Positions 19,237 to 29,428 are shown, numbered from the stretch's first letter. The stretch is DNA of 48,883 bases from Candidatus Bipolaricaulia bacterium (GCA_042218715.1 JBDGQU010000097.1:1-48883); one strand, 5' to 3'. The notes: generated by a model not told the origin, from the letters alone. Translations and numbers: made by a program.

Positions 19237-20328
19237 ATGAAAAAATGGTACGCCATCCAAACTTACGCGGGTTCGGAACTCAAGGTAAAAGAAGAGATAG
19301 AAAGGCGGATAGAAAACCGCGGTTTGGAGGAAAGCGTAGAGAGCTTTAAACAGAACGGAAAACGACAGTATTGCGTCGTTCCTATTGAAGAGGTAATTAC
19401 TTCCAGGAGCAGGCGAGGTAAGTCCAACGAGTATAGGATTCCTTATAGCTACGATCTTCTGGTTGAACCGAACCAAAGGTTAACCAGAGGGGATCCCATA
19501 GCTCGGAAACAGCCCAAACACCTCGACTGGGATTGCATGGTCTCCGAGGTCGAGACGCTTCAGAGAGTCATAGTGGAAATGACAAATAGAACTGAAGAGA
19601 CGTACCTGATTCCCACGGAGAAAAGGATTCGAAGGGATATTCGGAAGGGTGAAAAGATTAGATCGGGGGTGCCATTGACCTCCGACAAGGAAGAAAAGTT
19701 CGTCGTAAACGTAAAAGGAAAGATAGCGCTTCGGGACCGAGTCAAGCGAATAGAATTCATTCTGGAAGACGGATCGGAAGAAGAAAAGATAATCCCTGAA
19801 CGTTACCTGGTAAAGGTAAAAGAAGGAGACGAGTTCGAGGAAGGCGACAGGATTGAAAACGAGGACGTGATCGATTCTCGGTCGTCCGGAATGGTAAAGG
19901 TAAAGGAGTACAAAGATAAGCGGGTCGTGACAGTACAACCCGTGGAGAAACGAAGACTCTTCCCCGGTTATGTCTTTATGAAAATGGATCTACCGGAAGA
20001 AGAAATGATCGACTTGGTTGACGATATAAGGGGCGCTGTTAGATTTGTCGGCTCCCGGTATCATCCCATCCCCATTCGAGGGAAGGAAATGAAGGTAGTG
20101 AAGAGACTCGCGGGCCTGATAGAAGCTCCTACAGCCCCCAGCACTCCGCGAATAGAAGTCGATTTCGACGTGGGTGAAGTGGTTGAAATAGTTGAAGGGC
20201 CGTTTGCCGACTTTACGGGTGAAATTACAGCGATAGATAAGGAAGCGGAGGAAGTGACGGTAAACGTAAAAATATTTGGTCGAGAGACCCCTGTGGATAT
20301 TGGCTTTGAAGGGATAGAAAAGATATAA
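19237..20328 (+). CDS. nusG: Transcription termination/antitermination factor NusG with ~180-aa domain inserted in the NGN domain
   Basis: 363 aa. NGN start KKWYAIQTYAGSE. VVPIEEV and RRLFPGYVFMKM are separated by about 185 aa, against about 12 aa in E. coli. C-terminal KOW: GEVVEIVEGPFADFTGEI. Confidence 0.92.
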   Translation: MKKWYAIQTYAGSELKVKEEIERRIENRGLEESVESFKQNGKRQYCVVPIEEVITSRSRRGKSNEYRIPYSYDLLVEPNQRLTRGDPIARKQPKHLDWDCMVSEVETLQRVIVEMTNRTEETYLIPTEKRIRRDIRKGEKIRSGVPLTSDKEEKFVVNVKGKIALRDRVKRIEFILEDGSEEEKIIPERYLVKVKEGDEFEEGDRIENEDVIDSRSSGMVKVKEYKDKRVVTVQPVEKRRLFPGYVFMKMDLPEEEMIDLVDDIRGAVRFVGSRYHPIPIRGKEMKVVKRLAGLIEAPTAPSTPRIEVDFDVGEVVEIVEGPFADFTGEITAIDKEAEEVTVNVKIFGRETPVDIGFEGIEKI

Positions 20329-20434
20329 GTATAGATAGCAAGTAGTTTAACTTAGCTCGATTGAGCTGGTTTTTATTTCCGTTTATACCTCAGCAAGGAT
20401 TGAGGAAAATGAATAAGTTTAGGAGGGAGGAATT

Positions 20435-20866
20435 ATGGCAAAGCGTGTAGAAACTACGTTGAAACTCCAGATACCTGCCGGTCAGGCCGATCCTTCACCG
20501 CCGGTTGGCCCCGCTCTTGGTGAGCACAAAGTAAACATAATGGATTTTTGCAACAAGTTTAACTCCGCCACGAGCGACAAGGAGCCGGGAGTGCTTATTC
20601 CTGTAGATATTACCATCTACACGGATAAGAGCTTTGATTTCGAGGTAAAGGAACCGCCTGCATCGGAACTAATTAAAAAGGCAGCCGGCATCGATAGCGG
20701 TTCAGGTGAACCCAACATGAATAAAGTGGGCAAGATCTCGGAAGAACAGCTGGAACGAGTTGCTAAGAAGAAGCTCCCGGATTTGAATACTTATAAACTG
20801 GATTCGGCCAAGGAAATTATTGCGGGAACGGCCAGGAGTATGGGAGTAGAGGTGGTCGAATCGTGA
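20435..20866 (+). CDS. rplK: 50S ribosomal protein L11
   Basis: 143 aa. [19 protein letters not shown] motif. Confidence 0.97.
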   Translation: MAKRVETTLKLQIPAGQADPSPPVGPALGEHKVNIMDFCNKFNSATSDKEPGVLIPVDITIYTDKSFDFEVKEPPASELIKKAAGIDSGSGEPNMNKVGKISEEQLERVAKKKLPDLNTYKLDSAKEIIAGTARSMGVEVVES

Positions 20867-21567
20867 ATAGAAGATACGAAGCAGTAGCAGACAAAGTAGA
20901 TTCCGAGAATATTTATTCTCTTGACGACGGAATTGAATTAGTGAAGGAGACGGCCACTGCCGAGTTCGACGAGACAATTGATGTGGCGTTTAACATGGGT
21001 GTTAACCCTTCTCAGAATATGATTAGAGGAAGTACGGTCCTTCCGAACGGTACGGGGAAAGACGTTAAGGTTCTTGCTTTTGCAAAAGGAGAAGCGAGAC
21101 GTGAGGCAGAAGAAGCGGGTGCCGATTATCTGGGAGACGAAGAGACCGTAGAGGAAATCGAAGACGGGTGGCTGGAGTTTGACGAGGTCGTTTCTACGCC
21201 GGACATGATGAGCTTAATAGGCCGGCTAGGAAGGATTCTGGGTCCTAGAGGGATGATGCCTTCCCCCAAGTCTAATACGGTGTCAGAGGATATTGGAGAG
21301 GCCGTTTCGAGGCTGAAAAAGGGTCAGGTGGAATTCAGGGCTGATAAGTACGGGGTAATTCACGTACCTGTGGGTAAGGCTTCATTTTCTACCCCCGAGT
21401 TGAGAGAGAATTTGGTAGGGCTGGCAAAATCTATTTACGATCAGAGACCGGAAGAAGGAATTCAGGATAGATACGTCAAAAAAGTAACGGTTTCGCCGAC
21501 GATGGGCCCCGGGTTAAAGCTATCCGTTGATGAGTTGAGGGACAAAGTTTACGAGAGAAAGGTTTAG
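20863..21567 (+). CDS. rplA: 50S ribosomal protein L1
   Basis: 234 aa. GTG start overlaps the rplK stop by 4 nt. [11 protein letters not shown] motif. Confidence 0.96.
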   Translation: MNRRYEAVADKVDSENIYSLDDGIELVKETATAEFDETIDVAFNMGVNPSQNMIRGSTVLPNGTGKDVKVLAFAKGEARREAEEAGADYLGDEETVEEIEDGWLEFDEVVSTPDMMSLIGRLGRILGPRGMMPSPKSNTVSEDIGEAVSRLKKGQVEFRADKYGVIHVPVGKASFSTPELRENLVGLAKSIYDQRPEEGIQDRYVKKVTVSPTMGPGLKLSVDELRDKVYERKV

Positions 21568-21619
21568 CTGGACCGCGAAGTTTTAATTCAATCGGTAGTT
21601 CAGGTTTGAGGAGTGAAAA

Positions 21620-22138
21620 ATGGTTACGGAAGCCAAAAAAGACGATGTAGAGGAACTGAAGGAGAAATTTGAAAGAGCTGAAGGAGTAGTATTGTCTGAT
21701 TACCGGGGTATATCGGCAAACGATATGGTTGAACTCCGGGAGGCTTTTACCAAGGAAGGAATAGAGTACAGGGTCGTGAAGAATACTCTGGCCGCAATTG
21801 CCGCAGAACAGGCGGGGTTGGAAGAGTTACCTAAGTTGCTGGAGGGACCGATTGCCGTGGCAGTCGGTTACGATGATCCGGTTTTACCGTTCAAAATTTC
21901 ATCCGATACGGCAAAGAAGTACGAGGCTTTTTCAGCTAAAGGTGGCGTGATTGAGGGAGATATGGTCGCCCCGGACGAAGTAGAAGCCATATCTAGTTTG
22001 TCTTCTAAAGAAGAACTGCTGGCTAATTTTGCCAGAGGTCTCAAGTCCCCGGTCAGGAAACTGGCTTTTCTTTTAAAGGCCAGGGTAAAAGATCTTGTCG
22101 TCGCTCTGGATCAAGTGGTTAAGACTAAGGAAGAGTAG
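21620..22138 (+). CDS. rplJ: 50S ribosomal protein L10
   Basis: 172 aa. DYRGISANDMVELR motif and synteny. Confidence 0.95.
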   Translation: MVTEAKKDDVEELKEKFERAEGVVLSDYRGISANDMVELREAFTKEGIEYRVVKNTLAAIAAEQAGLEELPKLLEGPIAVAVGYDDPVLPFKISSDTAKKYEAFSAKGGVIEGDMVAPDEVEAISSLSSKEELLANFARGLKSPVRKLAFLLKARVKDLVVALDQVVKTKEE

Positions 22139-22192
22139 ACTCACATAGTTAACGTTTTTTGAATTTTCTATAAGTTACACAGGAGGTCTATT

Positions 22193-22570
22193 ATGGACAC
22201 TGAAGAAATAGTTGAATCAGTTGGCGATATGACGATTAAGGAATTGACGGAGTTAGTGGAAGCGATCGAGGAAGAATTTGACGTTTCTGCCGAGGCAGCC
22301 GCTCCGGTAGCAGCCGCTCCTCAGGGAGAATCAGGTGAAGCTGGAGAAGAAGCCGAGGCCGAAACCATAGATTTGGTCCTTACAAGTACAGGCCAGAAGA
22401 AAATAAAAGTTATCAAAGAGCTTAAAGACATTACCGGGAAAGGTTTGAAAGAATGTAAGGCTCTTGTCGATGAGTTACCTAATACCATTCAGGAAGGACT
22501 GGACGAAGAGGAAGCCCAAGAACTGAAGGAACAGCTAGAAGAGCTGGGTGCGGAAGTAGAACTTAGGTGA
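22193..22570 (+). CDS. rplL: 50S ribosomal protein L7/L12
   Basis: 125 aa. Ala-rich hinge and the C-terminal domain motif KIKVIKELKDITGKGLKECKALVD. Confidence 0.97.
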   Translation: MDTEEIVESVGDMTIKELTELVEAIEEEFDVSAEAAAPVAAAPQGESGEAGEEAEAETIDLVLTSTGQKKIKVIKELKDITGKGLKECKALVDELPNTIQEGLDEEEAQELKEQLEELGAEVELR

Positions 22571-22626
22571 AGTTAATAGTAAGAATTGATTGTTCTTTAC
22601 TTGTCTTGTCCTAGGAGGGATACAGG

Positions 22627-25600
22627 TTGAGGGAAAGAAAGGATTATAGTTCTTATGGTGAAGCTATCGAGCCTCCTTATTTGTTAAAGGACCAAAAAGA
22701 GTCTTACGAGCGATTTTTGAATGAAGGCCTGGAAGAGGTCTTTGAGGAAATATCCCCGGTAGAAGCCAGCAGTAGAACCAATTTTAAACTGGAATTCACC
22801 TCTCCCAAGCTGGGAGAGGTAAGGGGCTCCGTGGAGGACTGCGCCGACAAGGATTTAACGTACGATAGACCCTTGCGGATTACTGCTCGTCTGTTTGACG
22901 AGGACGATAACCCCGTAATGGAAAGTGAATTGTACGTTGCCGATATCCCGGTAATGACACCGAAAGGGACGTTTTTAATAAACGGATCGGAGAACGTTTT
23001 GGTCAACGAATTGGCCCGTGCTCCCGGGGTTTATATAACTGAAGAAAGGAACAATCAATTCCGTGCTCATATTTTACCCGATTACGGTGCCTGGCTGGAG
23101 TTGATCCTGGACGATAACCGTCAGAGGTTGTATGCAAACCTTGATCGCGAAGCCAAGGTCCCGATAACTGTTTTTCTCAGGGTTCTGGGAATGGACAGGG
23201 AAGATATGTACTCGGCATATAGCTTCGAACTGGATACCGTTAGGGAGAGAAATCTGAGGGAATACGTCGGATACAAGTTTGCCGAGGACGTTGTCAGGGA
23301 TTCGGAGGTACTATTTGAAGCGGGCGAAACCCTAAGGGAAAAGGATATTGAAGTCATAATTAAGGAAGCGACTAACGAGTCCCTTAGCTTTCTCAACGAG
23401 TACATAGGTAATACGCTGGACCGGGATGACTTCGAGACGAAAGAGGAAGCAGTACGGTTTATTTACGGAAAGTTAAGACCTACCGGTCGGGTTTCCACGA
23501 CCAAGATGGAGAACTACATCAAAGACCTTTTCTTTGACGAAGAGAACTACCTCTTATCGGAAGTAGGCAGGTTCAAGGCGAACAGCAAACTAGGTCTCGA
23601 TAAGGACACTCTCGCTCTAACTCCTGACGACATTCTAAATTCTCTGGATCTTCTATTACAGGTGCCCGGAAACCCCTCGCTACTTGACGAGAAGGACCAT
23701 CTAGCTAACAAAGTAGTAAACTTACCGGGTCAAGCTGCCCGTTCGGCTTTTGAGCGGGGATTGAACAGAGTAATTAGAACTACGGAAGACAAGCTTTCAA
23801 AATTTAGCTTGGACGACGAAGATACGTTACGGGATTTGGTTCCCACCAGGCCGATCCAGTCCTCCGTCAACCAGTTTTTCTACACCGGCCGGTTTTCCCA
23901 GTTCTTAGAGGAGACCAATGCCCTGGCAGAGCTTACCCATAAGCGCCGATTGAATGCGCTAGGTGGGGGATTAAGCCAGCGGCGAGCGAAGCTGGAAGTT
24001 AGAGACGTCCACCCTTCTCATTACTCGAGAATTTGCCCGATTGAGACGCCAGAAGGGCAAAATATTGGGCTGATTACGTCTCTGGCGAATTACGCCCGAG
24101 TCAACGAGTACGGCTTCCTGGAGGCTCCCTATCGGAAGGTAGAAGATGGGAAAGTCACTGGTGAGATCGAGTATTTGATGGCGGGTGAAGAAGAGCAGTT
24201 CAAGATCGCTCCCTCGACGACAAAGATTGACGATGACGGGAATCTAACTGAAGATAGAGTTGAGATCAGGACAGGTAAAGAAAACTTAAGGATGGGTAGA
24301 CCCGAGGAAGTTGATTACGTAGGTGTCTCCCCTAAGGCGATAGTTGGCACGTCGGCTTCGCTAATTCCATTCCTTGAACATGACGACGCCAATAGAGCTC
24401 TGATGGGGGCAAATATGCAGCGCCAGGCAGTTCCCATTAGTAACCCGGAAGCTCCTCGGGTTGGAACTGGAATGGAAGAAAAAGCGGCAAAGGACTCGGG
24501 TATGCTTGTCCTTGCCGATAAACCCGGAGAGGTTACTTACGTTGACGCGGACGAAATAAAAGTAAAGAACGGAGACGGGTCCGAGAAAACCTACAGGCTG
24601 AAAACATTTACCCGATCAAATCAGGATACGCTGGTGCACCAGCGCCCCTTAGTTTCCCCGGGAGACGAGGTGGAGAAAGGCGATGTTCTGGCAGATGGCT
24701 CAACCAGCGAGGAAGGAGAACTGGCCCTGGGACGCAATCTTCGGGTCGGGTTCATGCCGTTTGAAGGGTACAACTACGAGGACGCCATAGTCGTTTCGGA
24801 AAGACTGGTAAAAGATGACATGCTCGACTCTATTCACATAGAGGAATTTGAGGTAAAGGCCGAGGAGACAAAGCTCGGCCCCGAAGAAATTACGGCCGAT
24901 ATACCCAATATCAGTAAAGAGGATCTGAAGAACCTGGATTCCCGAGGCATTATCAGGGAAGGTACCGAGGTAGAAACGGGCGACGTACTGGTGGGGAAAA
25001 TAACTCCCAAGGGAGAATCCGAGCCCAGTCCGGAAGAGAAAATATTTCGGTCAATTTTTGGAGAGCAAGCCCGAAACGTAAAGGATTCTTCTCTGAAACT
25101 ACCTCCGACCGCCGGGAAAGGTAAAGTTATAAGGGTGAAGAAGTTCTCCCGCGAGAAAGGCCACGAGCTGGATACCGGGGTCAATGAGCTGGTGAAGGTT
25201 TACGTGGCAACGAAAAAGAAGATTTCGATCGGCGATAAACTGGCCGGTCGTCACGGTAATAAGGGTGTTATTGCAAAAATACTCCCCGAAGAAGACATGC
25301 CTTTCATGCCCGATGGAACACCATTGGATGTGCTCTTAAATCCTTTGGGAGTTCCATCCAGAATGAACCTGGGTCAGGTCTTCGAGACCCACCTTGGCTG
25401 GCTTTCTTCCCTCAAGGACGAGCACGTGAATACTCCTGTTTTTGACGGGGCCAAAGAGGAAGAAATCCTTCAGGAACTAGATGAAGAGCAGACCGAGCAC
25501 GATCTTGACGAAGGGGCAAACGAGGACGGAAAAGTGGTGCTCAGAGACGGCAGAACGGGTGAGCCGTTTGACAAACCGATTACCGTTGGACACATGTACT

Positions 25601-25959
25601 TGCTAAAACTAGAGCACATAGCTGACGAAAAGCTTCACGCCAGATCGACCGGACCCTACGCTCTGATAACCCAGCAGCCGCTGGGTGGAAAGGCTCAGTT
25701 TGGGGGGCAGAGATTTGGTGAGATGGAAGTTTGGGCTCTCGAGGCCTACGGGGCCGCGAGCACACTACAGGAGATGCTCACTCTTAAGTCCGACGATATT
25801 CAGGGCAGAACCAAGTTGTACAAAGCAATTCTCAAAAACGAGGAGATGCCCAAACCGGGAATCCCCGAATCGTTCAAAGTCCTGGTGCGGGAGCTGAGGA
25901 GCCTGGGTTTGAGCCCGAAAGCGCTTGATACAGAGGGTAATGAACTCAACCTCTCCTGA
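22627..25959 (+). CDS. rpoB: DNA-directed RNA polymerase subunit beta (complete, compact 1110 aa)
   Basis: TTG start. Motifs RRLNALGGGLS, ETPEGQNIGLI, NMQRQAVP, GRHGNKGV and GGQRFGEMEVWALEAYGA. A complete C-terminus is present. Confidence 0.98.
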   Translation: MRERKDYSSYGEAIEPPYLLKDQKESYERFLNEGLEEVFEEISPVEASSRTNFKLEFTSPKLGEVRGSVEDCADKDLTYDRPLRITARLFDEDDNPVMESELYVADIPVMTPKGTFLINGSENVLVNELARAPGVYITEERNNQFRAHILPDYGAWLELILDDNRQRLYANLDREAKVPITVFLRVLGMDREDMYSAYSFELDTVRERNLREYVGYKFAEDVVRDSEVLFEAGETLREKDIEVIIKEATNESLSFLNEYIGNTLDRDDFETKEEAVRFIYGKLRPTGRVSTTKMENYIKDLFFDEENYLLSEVGRFKANSKLGLDKDTLALTPDDILNSLDLLLQVPGNPSLLDEKDHLANKVVNLPGQAARSAFERGLNRVIRTTEDKLSKFSLDDEDTLRDLVPTRPIQSSVNQFFYTGRFSQFLEETNALAELTHKRRLNALGGGLSQRRAKLEVRDVHPSHYSRICPIETPEGQNIGLITSLANYARVNEYGFLEAPYRKVEDGKVTGEIEYLMAGEEEQFKIAPSTTKIDDDGNLTEDRVEIRTGKENLRMGRPEEVDYVGVSPKAIVGTSASLIPFLEHDDANRALMGANMQRQAVPISNPEAPRVGTGMEEKAAKDSGMLVLADKPGEVTYVDADEIKVKNGDGSEKTYRLKTFTRSNQDTLVHQRPLVSPGDEVEKGDVLADGSTSEEGELALGRNLRVGFMPFEGYNYEDAIVVSERLVKDDMLDSIHIEEFEVKAEETKLGPEEITADIPNISKEDLKNLDSRGIIREGTEVETGDVLVGKITPKGESEPSPEEKIFRSIFGEQARNVKDSSLKLPPTAGKGKVIRVKKFSREKGHELDTGVNELVKVYVATKKKISIGDKLAGRHGNKGVIAKILPEEDMPFMPDGTPLDVLLNPLGVPSRMNLGQVFETHLGWLSSLKDEHVNTPVFDGAKEEEILQELDEEQTEHDLDEGANEDGKVVLRDGRTGEPFDKPITVGHMYLLKLEHIADEKLHARSTGPYALITQQPLGGKAQFGGQRFGEMEVWALEAYGAASTLQEMLTLKSDDIQGRTKLYKAILKNEEMPKPGIPESFKVLVRELRSLGLSPKALDTEGNELNLS

Positions 25960-26404
25960 GGCGGAGGGATTCAATAAGGAAGTATCCGCAGGTATAATAA
26001 CCAGTAGAGTTATAGCTGGCGAGAGGGAATATCTCCTGCTAAAACACGCGAACGGGGGGCACTGGAGTTTCCCCAAAGGTCACGTGGAAGGAGATGAAAA
26101 ACCGAAAGAAGCAGCAATTAGGGAGCTATCGGAAGAAACGGATTTAACGATCAAGAAGTTCGTGCCCGATTTTACCAGGCAAATAAGCTATAGCTTTGAA
26201 AGGTCCGGCCGGGCAATTTTCAAGACGGTTATTTATTTTTTGGGGATTGTCTCTTCGGAAGCTCAGGTAAAACTTTCACCGGAACATCTGGATTTTCTTT
26301 GGTGCAGGTATCCCGAAGCCCGAAAAAGAGTGACCTACGAAAACGACAGGGAGTTATTGGACCGGGCTGAGGAGGAGTTCGAGAAACCGGGACGGCTAGA
26401 ATGA
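25925..26404 (+). CDS. Nudix hydrolase (Ap4A-hydrolase/RppH-like subfamily)
   Basis: Nudix box GHVEGDEKPKEAAIRELSEETDL (GX5EX7REUXEEXGU). The start is ambiguous: TTG at 25925 or ATG at 25940, both inside the rpoB 3' end (rpoB stop 25957-25959). Confidence 0.85.
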   Translation: MIQRVMNSTSPEAEGFNKEVSAGIITSRVIAGEREYLLLKHANGGHWSFPKGHVEGDEKPKEAAIRELSEETDLTIKKFVPDFTRQISYSFERSGRAIFKTVIYFLGIVSSEAQVKLSPEHLDFLWCRYPEARKRVTYENDRELLDRAEEEFEKPGRLE

Positions 26405-27279
26405 CGGTAGATCTTCCCCCCGATATTACTCTTATTCCCAACGGCGTATTTGGCCTCGAGAAATACGGGGCGACCTATCTGATCGGGGGAGAAGAATTGA
26501 TCCTGGTCGACCCGGGAACTTCGGATTCCGTGCCTCGGGTTCTCGACTGGTTCGAGAAAAGCCCATTCCAGTTATCCCGGATAAGTAGTATCCTTCTGAC
26601 GCACATCCACCTGGATCACGCTGGTGCAGTGGGACATTTGGCAAATGAGTTGACCGATATAAAAGTTTACGTTCACAGCGGGGGAGCGCCACATCTCGTG
26701 GACCCCTCGGAGCTACTGGCCAGTGTAAAGGAAGCCACAGGTGCCCGGTTCTCCCAGTACGGGACTCTTAAATCGATAGGTGAAGAGAGGATAGTGTCAC
26801 TGGATGATCGGACTACTCTAAATCTAGGTTCAAGAGAATTACTTGCCCTACCAACTCCGGGACACGCTCCCCACCATATAGCTTATAAGGACCGGAAAAC
26901 GGGAGCAGTTTTTACCGGTGATAGTGCGGGGTTGTACCTTGACGGTAAACTAATACCCGCGACACCTCCCCCTTCGTTCGATCTTGAGAAGAACCTGACC
27001 AGTCTTGAAAAAGTCAAAGGATCGTCTCCTTCTATACTACTTTACTCCCACTTCGGCCCCGGGAAAGACCCCGCTAACTTGCTCGGTGAGTACGGACGAA
27101 TACTCCGGGAATGGGTGGATTTGATTTCGACTCTGAATAGTCGTTACGGAAAGGAAGAAAAAGTATATACCGAGGTTTTGAAGCGAAAAAAAGACTGGTT
27201 GAGAGCTGGAATTACGGAGGAAGAACTGAACATGAGCGTAAGAGGTGTCCGGAAGTATCTTTCCTGGAAGGGAAGTTGA
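26401..27279 (+). CDS. MBL-fold metallo-hydrolase
   Basis: 292 aa. THIHLDHAG metal-binding motif. ATGA overlap with the Nudix stop. Confidence 0.85.
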   Translation: MTVDLPPDITLIPNGVFGLEKYGATYLIGGEELILVDPGTSDSVPRVLDWFEKSPFQLSRISSILLTHIHLDHAGAVGHLANELTDIKVYVHSGGAPHLVDPSELLASVKEATGARFSQYGTLKSIGEERIVSLDDRTTLNLGSRELLALPTPGHAPHHIAYKDRKTGAVFTGDSAGLYLDGKLIPATPPPSFDLEKNLTSLEKVKGSSPSILLYSHFGPGKDPANLLGEYGRILREWVDLISTLNSRYGKEEKVYTEVLKRKKDWLRAGITEEELNMSVRGVRKYLSWKGS

Positions 27280-29428
27280 GCCCCTGGTGAACACGACTGC
27301 CCGGAATTACGCAGAAGTTGCGGTTTTTCGCCCCATTCGATCGACTTTTGAATACTTCGTCCCCGATCAACTGAGGGAAAACGTTACCGTGGGATCTATA
27401 TGTAGGTTACCTTTTAGAGGGGAAAGCGTTCGGGGCGTGGTACTCGGACTAAGAGAAGAACCGGACTACGAAGGCGAACAAAAGAAAGTTAGCGAAGTTA
27501 TTTCCGATCGTTCCCTCCCGCCGCCGATTATTGAGCTGGCCCGGTGGCTATCCTACACCACGCTTACCCCTTTGGGTCAGGTATTCAACCGTCTGGTACC
27601 TGGAGATCTCTCCGTTCGACCCAGGACCGAAGACCGGGTGGAGTTGAAAACCACCTTTGCCCAGGTCCGAGACTTTATCGAACGCCGAGAAAGACAGTCA
27701 CCGAAACAGGTCGAGCTACTGGAATACCTGCTGGGACTGGATGAACCCATCGAGAAGAACGATCTCCTTCAACGGGCGAACAGTTCCAGATCCCCCCTCG
27801 ATGCGTTAAGGAAAAAAGAAATGGTAGAAATATCGTCAGTGCCTGAAATCGAAGCTCGGAAAGTTACACGGGATACAAAGCTTGACTCCCAATGGAAGAT
27901 AGATAGAGAATATTCGGATGAACAGAAGTTGGAATGCGGTGGTTACTCTCAGTACGCGGTTAACGGGACGGCTGGTTGCAGGTTAAATACCTACCTAAAA
28001 GCGGTTCGGGATCTTGTTCGGAAGGGCACGGTTTTGATGCTGGCTCCTAACGTGATGCGAGCTGAGGAACTAACGAGACTGATCGGGAGCGAGCTCGATG
28101 TTATTGCTCTGTCTTATCATAGCGACCTTACGGGTGGAGAGATCTCCTCGAGGTGGAATCTAGCACTTGCCGGCGAGGTGGACGTATTTGTCGGGGTGCT
28201 TAGTGCGATTTACCTTCCTGTCCCGTCCCTGGGGGGAATAGTGGTTGAAGGAGACGGAGAGAGGAACTACGAGTTGACAGAGCAGGACCCAAAGGGCAAT
28301 TTGATTGAAACCGCCCGTAAGCGGGCCGAACTGGAAGAGGTGCCGGTAGTCATAGGGGGAACAGGTCCGTCTCTCCAATCGTATTACCGAATGAAAGAAG
28401 GGGAAATGGAGGATCTAGATGGGAATTTTCCGGAAGGGTTCCAGGGATCGGTTAGCCTGTCGCGCGGTTCTTCCGGAGATAGAGCTTTGAGTTCAGGGTT
28501 GGTTGGTGCGCTGAGAAGAAATTACGAACAGGGAGATTCTGCCTTGATCGTCGGCGGTAGAGCCGGACTCTCCGGCGCGGCGGTTTGTGAGGAATGTGGT
28601 GAGGTGGTTCGCTGTTCGGACTGTGAAGTACCGTTGATCTTCACGGGATCGGGTAACTACGGGATATGTCCTTACTGTGGTTCGAAACATAATCTACTGG
28701 TTTGTGACAGTTGTGGGAGCGACGGACTAAAGTTTATCGGGTCCGGGCTCGAAAAAGCGGAAGCGGAAGTTCGTTCCCTTCTCCCCAAAGCGGAAGTTCG
28801 AAGGTTTGACTACAGAGAAGAAACGTGGGAAGATTTCCTAAGCCTTTCTACCGGTGTTCTGAATGGGGAGATAGATGTTCTCCTAGGTACTTCCATTTTG
28901 GAAAGCCTTTATTTTCAGAACAGCTTTTCTCTGGTTGGATTGCTGGACCTCGATCTGGTGACTAACCGTCCAACCTATCGGTCGACGGAATTACTCGCGC
29001 AGAGAATCCTGGCCGGTGTTGACCTGGTTGAAAACTCAGGTAAACTATTTATTCAGACCCGGGGGGAGCTCGGGGGGCCGTGGGGCTATATTACCGCCGG
29101 TGATTGGGTCGGCCTGTACGAGAGTGAGTTGGAGTCCCGGAGTAGACTGGGTTATCCTCCTCACCGTGACCTAATTAAGGTGGAAGTCGAGCGAAATAAC
29201 GAGGAAGGAGCGAGGAGAGTTGCTTCTGAGTTAGCGGAAGAGTTGTCTTCCGCTGAGGGGGACCACGAATTACTGGGACCGTCCGGCAATAGGTTTGAAA
29301 AAAGAAAAGGTCATTATCGGTACGATTTGATTGTCAAAACAAGAGAAGTAGAGGACTTTTTTGCCCTGGTTCACTCGCTCGTATCACGTAAAGATTACGG
29401 AGAGGTCAGGTTAAATCCGTTTGGGTAA
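27245..29428 (+). CDS. priA: Primosomal protein N' (PriA)-like protein with degenerate helicase motifs
   Basis: PriA layout: N-terminal YAEVAVFRPIRSTFEYFVP, and a Cys-rich insertion CEECGEVVRCSDCEVPLIF...CPYCGS...CDSCGS. Walker A is NGTAGCRL, Walker B is VVEGDGER, and motif VI is QRILAGVD. The start may be GTG 27245 or GTG 27287. Confidence 0.8.
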   Translation: MSGSIFPGREVEPLVNTTARNYAEVAVFRPIRSTFEYFVPDQLRENVTVGSICRLPFRGESVRGVVLGLREEPDYEGEQKKVSEVISDRSLPPPIIELARWLSYTTLTPLGQVFNRLVPGDLSVRPRTEDRVELKTTFAQVRDFIERRERQSPKQVELLEYLLGLDEPIEKNDLLQRANSSRSPLDALRKKEMVEISSVPEIEARKVTRDTKLDSQWKIDREYSDEQKLECGGYSQYAVNGTAGCRLNTYLKAVRDLVRKGTVLMLAPNVMRAEELTRLIGSELDVIALSYHSDLTGGEISSRWNLALAGEVDVFVGVLSAIYLPVPSLGGIVVEGDGERNYELTEQDPKGNLIETARKRAELEEVPVVIGGTGPSLQSYYRMKEGEMEDLDGNFPEGFQGSVSLSRGSSGDRALSSGLVGALRRNYEQGDSALIVGGRAGLSGAAVCEECGEVVRCSDCEVPLIFTGSGNYGICPYCGSKHNLLVCDSCGSDGLKFIGSGLEKAEAEVRSLLPKAEVRRFDYREETWEDFLSLSTGVLNGEIDVLLGTSILESLYFQNSFSLVGLLDLDLVTNRPTYRSTELLAQRILAGVDLVENSGKLFIQTRGELGGPWGYITAGDWVGLYESELESRSRLGYPPHRDLIKVEVERNNEEGARRVASELAEELSSAEGDHELLGPSGNRFEKRKGHYRYDLIVKTREVEDFFALVHSLVSRKDYGEVRLNPFG

